Below are positions 56,139 to 64,000 of a stretch of DNA of 64,000 nt, in pieces. The translations under genes and the position numbers were made by a program. Source of the stretch: an uncultured Poribacteria bacterium (GTDB lineage Bacteria; Poribacteria; WGA-4E; WGA-3G); contig OX639973.1 of the NCBI GenBank assembly GCA_951828385.1, positions 5,990,845 to 6,054,844 on the forward strand, written 5' to 3'. The first letter of the stretch is position 1; each line of letters starts with the position of its first letter. The notes beneath the pieces were generated by a model that worked only from the letters and a program-made list of their open reading frames with translations, did no database searches and had not been told where the DNA came from.

Positions 56139-56981
56139 ATGAAAAGCCTAATCTATCTGCTCGCAATCACGCTAATTATTACTATGTCTTTTCAAAATGG
56201 GTATACACAACCCATCGTAACAGAAGGACTCGTCAGTTATTGGACGTTTGATGAAAAGGACATTGCTGGCTTTACAGTTAAAGATGTCTGGGGTGAAAAT
56301 GACGCCAGAATCGTCGGAGACCCGAAAATCGTTGATGGGCAAGTCGGAGAAGCACTCGAATTTGACGGTGCTAACGACTACGTGAACTTGACGAACCTCG
56401 GCGATTTTGGAGAGAAAATCGGAACATCTACATTTGAGGTTTGGACAAAAACCAGTTTTAAAAATGACTGGACAACCCTTTTCAAAGTCCTTGACCAAGG
56501 GTGTAACATGGCATGGGCAATTGAGCCTAACCGGAGCGCATTAGCGGGATTCCCGTTTGCTGAAGGGGTCATTCATTTCTATGTCCGTCAAAAATCGGCG
56601 GCAGGCTGCAACGCTATCCCCGTTGAAATTGAATTTCCGATTTCCGATGGGCAATGGCACCATATCGTTTTCGCAATCGAGGACGCTGGTAAAGCCGAAG
56701 TCAGCATTTATATGGACGGTGAGCCACAAGAGGTTATCGCCGGCGACGTAAAGGAACTCGACAATTTTGTTCCATTTGTGGAACCCATCTTTATCGGTGC
56801 GGGGAATAATCGCGGTGCCGTCAGCCGGAATTTCCCCGGTATCATTGATGAAGTCCGCATTTATGATCGACCCCTAACCGCTCGCGAAGTAACCCGAAAC
56901 TTTAAATCGAAAATCGGGCTGTCCGTTCAGGCCGCCGAGAAGCTGCCGATTGTCTGGAGCAACTTGAAGACACAACGATAG
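56139..56981 (+). CDS. secreted LamG domain protein (tandem paralog 2)
   Basis: Collinear with paralog 1; ATG 56139 follows AAGGAG. Confidence 0.85.
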   Translation: MKSLIYLLAITLIITMSFQNGYTQPIVTEGLVSYWTFDEKDIAGFTVKDVWGENDARIVGDPKIVDGQVGEALEFDGANDYVNLTNLGDFGEKIGTSTFEVWTKTSFKNDWTTLFKVLDQGCNMAWAIEPNRSALAGFPFAEGVIHFYVRQKSAAGCNAIPVEIEFPISDGQWHHIVFAIEDAGKAEVSIYMDGEPQEVIAGDVKELDNFVPFVEPIFIGAGNNRGAVSRNFPGIIDEVRIYDRPLTAREVTRNFKSKIGLSVQAAEKLPIVWSNLKTQR

Positions 56982-57161
56982 AACGGAATCGGATAGATTG
57001 TTCTATATAACCCCTGACTTCTCCGAATTTAGACTTGTATAAATACGTTGGAAAGTGGTAAAATCTGTCTATCAAAAAGATTTGGAGGCAAATTCTATAA
57101 GTATCCATTGTATAGATATACCTTACTGCGCGATTCCAGCACATTCAAAGGAGCAGTTGCC

Positions 57162-58133
57162 ATGAAAAAACTCATCTTTCTCCTTACATTCACGCTTATG
57201 ATTATCATGTTTTCCCACAACGGATATACGGAGCCATTTGTAACAGGTGGACTCGTAAGTTACTGGACGTTCGACCGGGGGGACATTGATGGCGACATAG
57301 TCAACGATGTCTGGGGCAAAAATAATGCGAAAAGAGTCGGAGCACGGAAAATTGGGGGGCGAGTGAACGGTGCTCTGGAATTTGATGGCATTGATGATTA
57401 TGTGAACCTAACAAACCTCGGTGATTTTGGGGACCAGGTCGGGACGTCTACATTTGAAGCTTGGGTCAAAACGAGTTTCAAAGAAGCACGCTGGACAACG
57501 CTCTTCAAAGTTCGGGATGTTGACTTTGTAGAGCGTGATCCAGAGGCTATCAAAATCCAGGGCCCGGAGTGTGGTATGGGGTGGGGAATTGATCTCAATG
57601 GATGGGCAAAACCCGCCATTTTTGCCAAATTGGGACTGGAACCGGGAAATTTCGTTGAAACCGGAATAGAACGCGTTGATGAAATTAGTTTTGATAAGGA
57701 CATCATTCGCTTTTATCTTACCAATAGATGGGGGCGGTTTGGATGCAGAAATTTAACTGTTGGATGGAAGTTCCCGATTTCAGATGGAGAATGGCATCAC
57801 CTTGTTTATATAAACGGCGCGCCTTATGTAGATGAAAACGGACACGAGTGGTGGGAAAGAGCCATCTTTATAGACGGTAAACGGAAATCGCTCAGTAGGC
57901 ATAGCCGATGGGAACCCCGCGATTTTATCCCGTTCATTGAACCTGTCTATCTCGGCGCGGGGAACAATCGCGGCGAGGCAGAAAGGTTTTTCAACGGTAT
58001 CATTGATGAAGTCCGTATCTACAACCGACCTCTCACTGCAGACGAAGTGACCCAGAACTTTGAAATCGGACTATCCGTTGAGGCAACCAAGAAACTGCCT
58101 GTCGTTTGGGGAAATCTAAAGACAGCACAATAA
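57162..58133 (+). CDS. secreted LamG domain protein (tandem paralog 3, with internal insertion)
   Basis: Same N- and C-terminal blocks; an extra segment of about 60 aa (VDFVERDPEAIKIQGPECGMGWGIDLNGWAKP...); ATG 57162 follows AAGGAG. Confidence 0.8.
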   Translation: MKKLIFLLTFTLMIIMFSHNGYTEPFVTGGLVSYWTFDRGDIDGDIVNDVWGKNNAKRVGARKIGGRVNGALEFDGIDDYVNLTNLGDFGDQVGTSTFEAWVKTSFKEARWTTLFKVRDVDFVERDPEAIKIQGPECGMGWGIDLNGWAKPAIFAKLGLEPGNFVETGIERVDEISFDKDIIRFYLTNRWGRFGCRNLTVGWKFPISDGEWHHLVYINGAPYVDENGHEWWERAIFIDGKRKSLSRHSRWEPRDFIPFIEPVYLGAGNNRGEAERFFNGIIDEVRIYNRPLTADEVTQNFEIGLSVEATKKLPVVWGNLKTAQ

Positions 58134-58167
58134 GGCCGCGTTAACCACGATGCGATAAGGAATTTGA

Positions 58168-58953
58168 ATGCTAACACCTCACGAAAAATGGTTCTTTGAT
58201 CACCACGGATTCATTATCCTCCGCAAAGTCGTTCCGCCTGAGGATATTGAACGCATGATTGAATTCGGTAACCGATGGCACGATATGACCGTGGATGAAC
58301 TGCCACCGCCGCTTAGCTCTACATCCCGGACTGGGGACACTTCACCGACGATCGCCCATTGGATTAATCATATCCAATACGGGGATCCGGTATTTCAGCG
58401 GCTTGTCCTCAACCGAGAGATTCTGCGCGTGATTATTGCACTGACGCGCGGAACCCCATGTCTCGTTGACTGTGCTTTAACCAAGAACTACAAAACCTCC
58501 GATGACATCCATTTCCATGCATCCGGTCAAGATTACAGTGTGGACGAAGCAGGACCTCGAGCAGGCTTCCTCAATGCCGGTACCTCTTTAGTTGATGTAC
58601 CAGAAGGAACAGGGTTCGTCTGTCTACTCGGAAGCCATAAACGCAATTTTGATCCACCGGAGGACATCTCCATTTACGACGGACCGCCTACGGTTATCAA
58701 CGTCCCTGTCAACGCTGGCGACTGTGTTATCTTTACAGAGGCACTCTACCACGGCGGAAGACGCTGGACCGAAGACTATCCCCGCTTTACAATTTTCAAT
58801 CGCTACATTGATAACGCATCACACAATTCCCTTCCCATCGAAAGTCATAAACACCTGATTTCGGATGATGTCTACGAGTTGGAGCAGCCCGCAGTTCAGG
58901 GACAACGGAAGCAGGTCGTCGAACGAATCCTAAGCGAATTAGATGCACGCTGA
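58168..58953 (+). CDS. phytanoyl-CoA dioxygenase (PhyH) family protein
   Basis: MLTPHEKWFFDHHGFIILRKVV N-terminus, GFVCLLGSHK and FTEALYHGG. Confidence 0.65.
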   Translation: MLTPHEKWFFDHHGFIILRKVVPPEDIERMIEFGNRWHDMTVDELPPPLSSTSRTGDTSPTIAHWINHIQYGDPVFQRLVLNREILRVIIALTRGTPCLVDCALTKNYKTSDDIHFHASGQDYSVDEAGPRAGFLNAGTSLVDVPEGTGFVCLLGSHKRNFDPPEDISIYDGPPTVINVPVNAGDCVIFTEALYHGGRRWTEDYPRFTIFNRYIDNASHNSLPIESHKHLISDDVYELEQPAVQGQRKQVVERILSELDAR

Positions 58954-58961
58954 GGTGCTAA

Positions 58962-61085
58962 ATGCAAACGCGTCGGTCATATCCGCTTGGTCAGCCAAGA
59001 CAAGTCGCAACGTACCAGCATGAAAGTCCAGATGGACTTCCGAGTACCGTTGTGGAAACGTTTACGGTGACGATCGGTGCGGTTGAAGAAATGGCTGGCG
59101 TAATATCCCAGTGGATGCGTCTCCGGGCAACAAAAGCAAACGGTGAAAAATTCGCGGTTTGCTTGCTGGGTAATAGCGCACCGTCCGACGATTTTACCAT
59201 AGCTCGTGCAACCATATCCCGCTACACTTTACAGATCCAAGACGACATACCTTTAGAGTTCCAAAATAAGTTCACCGGCAAACCTGTTTTGCCTGCGCTC
59301 GGGGCATGGCAATACCTCTTCCCAAAACTTGCAGACAAAGCAACACAAAATGCAATCTTTCCGCAGGCAGTCCAATATCTTGGGCATACCTATCATCTCA
59401 CAGATATAACCGAGTCAGGCGAATCTGCCGAACCATCGAATACACATCTCCTCTCTCTCCGTCCCGATGCCCTAATCGGACCCCCAAGTAACACCAGACA
59501 GAAGGACGAGACGCGACGCTACGATACGTCCGACTATGAACTTATCCCGCTCACAGCAGCCGATTACGACGAGATGATTGCAGCCGGCATCAACTGTGTC
59601 CGCGTTAACGAGGAACAGGTCGAATGGGTCAAAAATCGAAACGTTTTTTATTGGGGAATTGACGCAGCTGCGCTTGGCTACCCTGAGTGCCTATATCGAA
59701 GCAACTACCTCGGCCCCGCTATCTTCATGGACGAACCCGCTGTCTGCACGCGCGACCATGTACTTAGACCCAAACTGGAAGCGGATCCAGCATTTCGGAA
59801 GGCCTTGACACCGCAGCTCGCTTTTGAAGCCTTCCAAGACTATTTCCACACCGCCAAATACGACGGTGCCCCCACGCGGCTATGCAAAGGGTTAGAAGCA
59901 CATTCAGACGTGGACTTGGGGAACATGAAGTTTCTTCAGCAGAATCTATATACATGGGAAACGATGATCAGTTCGGCGGCATACCAACTATCAGAAGGAA
60001 ACACGAAAACACCTGCCGCAATAGTCTTTGAGCCACCCGGTCGTGTCGGAACAATGCGGACACTCCCCGAAATGAATATGACATACGGCTGCCAAATCCC
60101 GATAGACAACCCGAAGAATTTGGCAAGTATCCTCTACGGATTTCTCCGAGGTGCTGCCCGACAAACCGATAAAAATTGGGGCATGAGTATCTACGGACAG
60201 GTACACCGCGCCGACGCATTCTGGCTACAGACACACGCTTACGACTTAGGCGCGCGACATTTCCACTATTGGGACAACTATCAACTGGCGTGTGTGCCTT
60301 ACAGCGAAGTCCTCGCACTCTCAAGAAATTTAAGTGCCCACGCCGAAAGCCATCCACATAGGAATCTTGACAAATTGCGCGCAGCAGCAGAAATAGTCAT
60401 CCTCCTTCCACCGGGCTATAACCTTGGACATGTTGAGATGGGCAGAGGCAATCTTTGGGGTTTGGGAGAACTCAATTTAGAACGGCGTAATAGAGAAGGA
60501 GTCAAATACCGAACGGTGATGCACAACTTTTTTACTGAAATCGAGAGAGCCATCCGACTCGGCGTTGCCTTTGACTTGCTATGGGATTTAGAAGGGCTCA
60601 AGTTGTCCGATTATCGCGAAGTCGTCCGTATTCGAGAGAACGGCACGGTAGAGGTAACTGGAAATGATGAGACAGTTTTACACGAAGCCGCGAGAACACC
60701 GACCCGTCCAAACGGCAGCCCACCGAAACTGACCGTCGATGTGTCTATTCCCCAAGGTAAAACACCGCTTGAAGTCCATGCCTGTGCGACTGTAACCGAA
60801 GGATCCGCCGCAATCTACTACACACGAGGCGCAGACGAAAAGGGTATCTACAATAACGAGAGGGCACTCTGGGAATTGTTCGGTCCAGAAGAAGAAGATT
60901 ACCGTTTTTTGAACAGAGAGCCATCAGAAATTCACGTCAATCAAGAAGGGGCAGAAACCAGAGTGGAGATTAGCTTTACCCTTAAACACCCCGGAAGTTA
61001 CCGCCTTCGCGCCGCAACCGTTGATATGGCAGGACGCACAGCAGTCAACTGGAAAACCATCACGATCCCAAGCAAACGTCCGTAG
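58962..61085 (+). CDS. hypothetical protein (707 aa)
   Basis: Long ORF with good coding appearance; starts 9 nt after the PhyH gene; no motif I can name. Confidence 0.5.
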   Translation: MQTRRSYPLGQPRQVATYQHESPDGLPSTVVETFTVTIGAVEEMAGVISQWMRLRATKANGEKFAVCLLGNSAPSDDFTIARATISRYTLQIQDDIPLEFQNKFTGKPVLPALGAWQYLFPKLADKATQNAIFPQAVQYLGHTYHLTDITESGESAEPSNTHLLSLRPDALIGPPSNTRQKDETRRYDTSDYELIPLTAADYDEMIAAGINCVRVNEEQVEWVKNRNVFYWGIDAAALGYPECLYRSNYLGPAIFMDEPAVCTRDHVLRPKLEADPAFRKALTPQLAFEAFQDYFHTAKYDGAPTRLCKGLEAHSDVDLGNMKFLQQNLYTWETMISSAAYQLSEGNTKTPAAIVFEPPGRVGTMRTLPEMNMTYGCQIPIDNPKNLASILYGFLRGAARQTDKNWGMSIYGQVHRADAFWLQTHAYDLGARHFHYWDNYQLACVPYSEVLALSRNLSAHAESHPHRNLDKLRAAAEIVILLPPGYNLGHVEMGRGNLWGLGELNLERRNREGVKYRTVMHNFFTEIERAIRLGVAFDLLWDLEGLKLSDYREVVRIRENGTVEVTGNDETVLHEAARTPTRPNGSPPKLTVDVSIPQGKTPLEVHACATVTEGSAAIYYTRGADEKGIYNNERALWELFGPEEEDYRFLNREPSEIHVNQEGAETRVEISFTLKHPGSYRLRAATVDMAGRTAVNWKTITIPSKRP

Positions 61086-61107
61086 CTTCTTCTGTTTACC
61101 TGAATCA

Positions 61108-61168
61108 CCGGAGGCGCGGTTTTGCGGCGTACTCGCCCAAATACGATCTGCATTCCAAACCGCAACGG
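61108..61168 (+). repeat. HP-B long-loop hairpin repeat (diverged)
   Basis: CCGGAGGCGCGGTTTTGCGGCGTACTCGCCCAAATACGATCTGCATTCCAAACCGCAACGG. Confidence 0.65.
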
Positions 61169-61471
61169 AACATAGACGGAAGAACGCAAATTGCGTAAGT
61201 TCTGCTAAAGCGGGCTGTGCTATAGTGTTCAGTACTTAATCAATTCTGACCATTTTTGTTCAGATTTTCGTCTATTGGAGTAGCAAATCGGTGTATATTG
61301 CGTTTTAAGCGGTGGCATAGAAATTGCTCTCAGTTGTGCAGTAAGCAGTAACATCTTGACGCTGCTTAAAAATGTCCAAAGCGTATGACCTGTCTTCAAA
61401 AATTCGTGAAAACAGATCGCCGTCTATCATATACGCGTTTTGTATACGCGCTGCCAATAGGAGTATTCACA

Positions 61472-62326
61472 ATGAAAAGCGTAACCGGTTTGTTGACATT
61501 CGCGATAATTAGCATTACATTGTCTTCACATGTTCACGCATTGCAGCATGTCACAGATGGTCTGGTGAGTTATTGGACCTTTGATAAATCTAACATTTCC
61601 GGCAAAAAAGTAGAAGATGTTTGCGGTGATAACAACGCTATAATTAAGGGAAATCCGAAAATTGTTACGGGTCAGATAGGGGAAGCATTGGAATTTGACG
61701 GTTCAGAAGATTATGTGAACCTGACAAACCTTGGCGATTTTGGAAGTCAGCTGGGGTCATCAACCTTTGAAGCCTGGATTAAAGTAGGTCATAAGAACGA
61801 CGGGATGGCTCTCTTTAGAGTTCGTGATAAAAAATGTATGCGATGGGAACTGAATATTTATAGTGGTGAGAAACGGACTAAAACTAAAGACCTTATCAAT
61901 CACAGGATCTCCTTCAAAGCCCCAGGAGAAAACGCATGCCAAGGTTTTGGCGTAAGTGATAAGCCAGTTAAGATTTCGGATGGAAACTGGCATCACATCG
62001 TTTATACAAGCGAAATTCTAAAAGAAGATGGTGCAGCTATTGAGGAGACATTTCAGTTACATATTTATATAGATGGAAAACCCTTAAGTAATTTAGCAAT
62101 CCCTGTAAGGTTTCCTGGAACCTTTATCCCTTTTGTAAAACCTGTCCACCTCGGTGCTGGAGACAACCGGAATTTTTTCAAGGGAAGTATTGATGAAGTC
62201 CGTATCTACAATCGACCCCTAACCGAAGGAGAAGTAGTCCAGAATTTTGAATCCAGAACAGGTTTGCGTGTTGAACCCAATCGTAAGCTGCCCATCGCAT
62301 GGGGAACCATAAAAATAGCATTTTAG
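61472..62326 (+). CDS. secreted LamG domain protein
   Basis: Signal peptide MKSVTGLLTFAIISITLSSHVHA; GLVSYWTFD...GQIGEALEFDGSEDYVNLTNLGDFG...IDEVRIYNRPLTEGEV; ATG 61472 follows AGGAG. Confidence 0.8.
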   Translation: MKSVTGLLTFAIISITLSSHVHALQHVTDGLVSYWTFDKSNISGKKVEDVCGDNNAIIKGNPKIVTGQIGEALEFDGSEDYVNLTNLGDFGSQLGSSTFEAWIKVGHKNDGMALFRVRDKKCMRWELNIYSGEKRTKTKDLINHRISFKAPGENACQGFGVSDKPVKISDGNWHHIVYTSEILKEDGAAIEETFQLHIYIDGKPLSNLAIPVRFPGTFIPFVKPVHLGAGDNRNFFKGSIDEVRIYNRPLTEGEVVQNFESRTGLRVEPNRKLPIAWGTIKIAF

Positions 62327-62500
62327 AACAACAAACGGGGTTCCCTTGTTTCGCTCTAAGAACCGATCCAATCTAAAATCATTTTCTATCCAATCCATCT
62401 CAATTTGGTTTTTGCCGCAAATCTTGCATTTTATGCAACCTTTCTGTCTCTTGAACCTCTCTTAACATTATGAGAAACAACTTATGTTTAGAGGTGAGGC

Positions 62501-64000
62501 ATGAAAAATAACGATGCACAATTGATTCAACGGACTTTGGCAGGTGACGAGTCTGCTTTTAGCACACTCGTGCGAAGATACCAAAAGCCGGTCCACACGC
62601 TCGTCTGGCGGAAAATCGGGGACTTCCATATCGCTGAAGAAATCACGCAAGATATATTCCTCAGAGTTTACAAAAAGCTCCAGACCCTGAAAAATCCGAA
62701 TAGATTTGCCGGATGGCTCTATGTGATTGCGGCGCGCCGATGTTACGCTTGGTGCAAAAAGAAGCGGATTCCGATGAAATCGCTGGATGCGATGTCAACA
62801 GAGGAATTGGAGGAACTCGCTTACGCGCACTATCAAGTCGAACAACAAGAGGAAGGTGTGAATGAACAGCAACGCGAAGTCGTCAAACGGCTCCTTCAAA
62901 AATTGCCAGAGAGCGAACGCACCGTCGTAACGCTCCACTATCTCGGCGAGATGACATGCGAAGATATTAGCCAGTTTTTAGGTGTATCACCAAATACCGT
63001 CAAAAGTCGGCTCCATCGAGCACGTAAGCGATTGAAGGAGGCAGAACATGTCGTTCGCGAAATTTTGGAGGGTTTCCAATTTACCACGACTTTGACCGAA
63101 AACCTCTTGCAAGAAATTGCCCGCATCAAACCGACTGCACCATCAAATAGTAAACCGTGGATGCCGTGGGCAGTCGCCGCTTCAACCACTGCTTTAGTAA
63201 TACTGATGATGGGAAGTAGCGCGCAATACCTACCTCGCTTTCAGCAACCTTATAGTTTCGATGCAAAATCCGAAACGACAGTGGAACTCGTTGATACTTC
63301 TTTAGTGCTTGCCTCTAAGCAAAAAATTAGTGTGAAACATCGAATTGGGAACACTGATGTACCCAATGAAAATAAAGGAAACGTTAACCAAGGAGCAGGC
63401 GCGCTTCAAGTTTCCACCGATCAATCTAAGCAGTCAGAGAAACCCACCCTAATAAAATCGCGGTGGCTCCCGATGGGCGGCCCGGAAGGCACTTCAGGGG
63501 GTAAAGCCGGTCTATTTGCCACATCCAAGCGAGCCCTCTACGCCGTTGCAGCGAGAGGAATTTATCGCTTGACAGAAGACGAAAAGGCTTGGACGCTTAT
63601 CTGTGAAAGTACCCCGAGCCGTCAGTTCCAAACGCCGATGGCGGAACGGAACGATAGACTCTATATTTTGACCGATGATGAATTATTAGCCTCAACCGAT
63701 GCAGGTAAAACATGGGAGACCGTCGGGCCTCGACCAGAAGGACGTGCTTTTGAATTGCTCATCACGGATGAGGCGTTTTATCTCGTTTTTGAAAAACATA
63801 TCTTTCGATCTGACGATGCTGGCAAAAGTTGGATACCGATGATGCAAGATTTGCAAGCCTATATTATGAAGATGAATGGTTCACCTGACATCTCAATTTC
63901 GGATGCTATTGCACTTGACAACGTTGTATTCGTGGGGACAAACCAAGGCCTTTATCGTGTTACTACGGAAGACTGGAAGAGATTATCTTTCTACGGTCCC
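62501..64000 (+). CDS. ECF sigma-70 factor fused through one TM helix to a BNR/Asp-box (sortilin/Ycf48-like) propeller; 3' end beyond window (absent from ORF track)
   Basis: Own translation from ATG 62501 (after GAGGTGAGG): MKNNDAQLIQRTLAGDESAFSTLVRRYQKPVHTLVWRKIGDFHIAEEITQDIF... It is collinear with the 33828-36464 product through the TM and juxtamembrane QQPYSFDA. STDAGKTWE and SDDAGKSW Asp-box motifs follow. No stop through position 64000. Confidence 0.8.
   Translation, partial: MKNNDAQLIQRTLAGDESAFSTLVRRYQKPVHTLVWRKIGDFHIAEEITQDIFLRVYKKLQTLKNPNRFAGWLYVIAARRCYAWCKKKRIPMKSLDAMSTEELEELAYAHYQVEQQEEGVNEQQREVVKRLLQKLPESERTVVTLHYLGEMTCEDISQFLGVSPNTVKSRLHRARKRLKEAEHVVREILEGFQFTTTLTENLLQEIARIKPTAPSNSKPWMPWAVAASTTALVILMMGSSAQYLPRFQQPYSFDAKSETTVELVDTSLVLASKQKISVKHRIGNTDVPNENKGNVNQGAGALQVSTDQSKQSEKPTLIKSRWLPMGGPEGTSGGKAGLFATSKRALYAVAARGIYRLTEDEKAWTLICESTPSRQFQTPMAERNDRLYILTDDELLASTDAGKTWETVGPRPEGRAFELLITDEAFYLVFEKHIFRSDDAGKSWIPMMQDLQAYIMKMNGSPDISISDAIALDNVVFVGTNQGLYRVTTEDWKRLSFYGP

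Overview
A 64-kb chromosomal segment from what looks like an uncultivated bacterium. GC is intermediate by eye. The gene content is reminiscent of Poribacteria/PVC-like genomes, but that is inference only: several PhyH-type dioxygenases, five secreted LamG proteins, a 3182-aa TPR giant and sigma factor-propeller fusions. I can support about 45 CDS. Two are absent from the supplied ORF track because they run off the window edges: a Gfo/Idh/MocA oxidoreductase at 1-830 (-) and a second ECF sigma-propeller fusion at 62501-64000 (+). Several track ORFs start too far upstream, and I re-set those starts to RBS-preceded ATG/GTG codons. Housekeeping and metabolic content: oxidoreductases (Gfo/Idh/MocA, AKR, SDR), an S10 peptidase, a MacA/MacB-like efflux pair, a GH32 fructosidase, a HAD hydrolase, an esterase, an MFS transporter, a TPP enzyme, and an operon of aminotransferase, two PhyH-like genes, an amidohydrolase and a Rieske protein. 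Accessory content: (i) an HNH gene plus an FRG-DUF2806 gene next to a 1022-aa single-chain MmeI/YeeA-like restriction-modification enzyme; (ii) a single-gene ABC-ATPase with a DUF4435/Toprim-like C-terminus, resembling a fused PARIS system; (iii) a tightly coupled DUF3696-type AAA ATPase plus PIN-like gene pair, which I rank as the best candidate for an undescribed defence/abortive-infection module. The most unusual sequence-level signal is in the intergenic DNA. It holds a dense, modular, nested system of hairpin repeats in at least five module families. Some are organised as TIR-bounded MITE-like elements, and stem changes between copies are compensatory. No transposase, integrase, rRNA, tRNA or bona fide CRISPR array was recognised.
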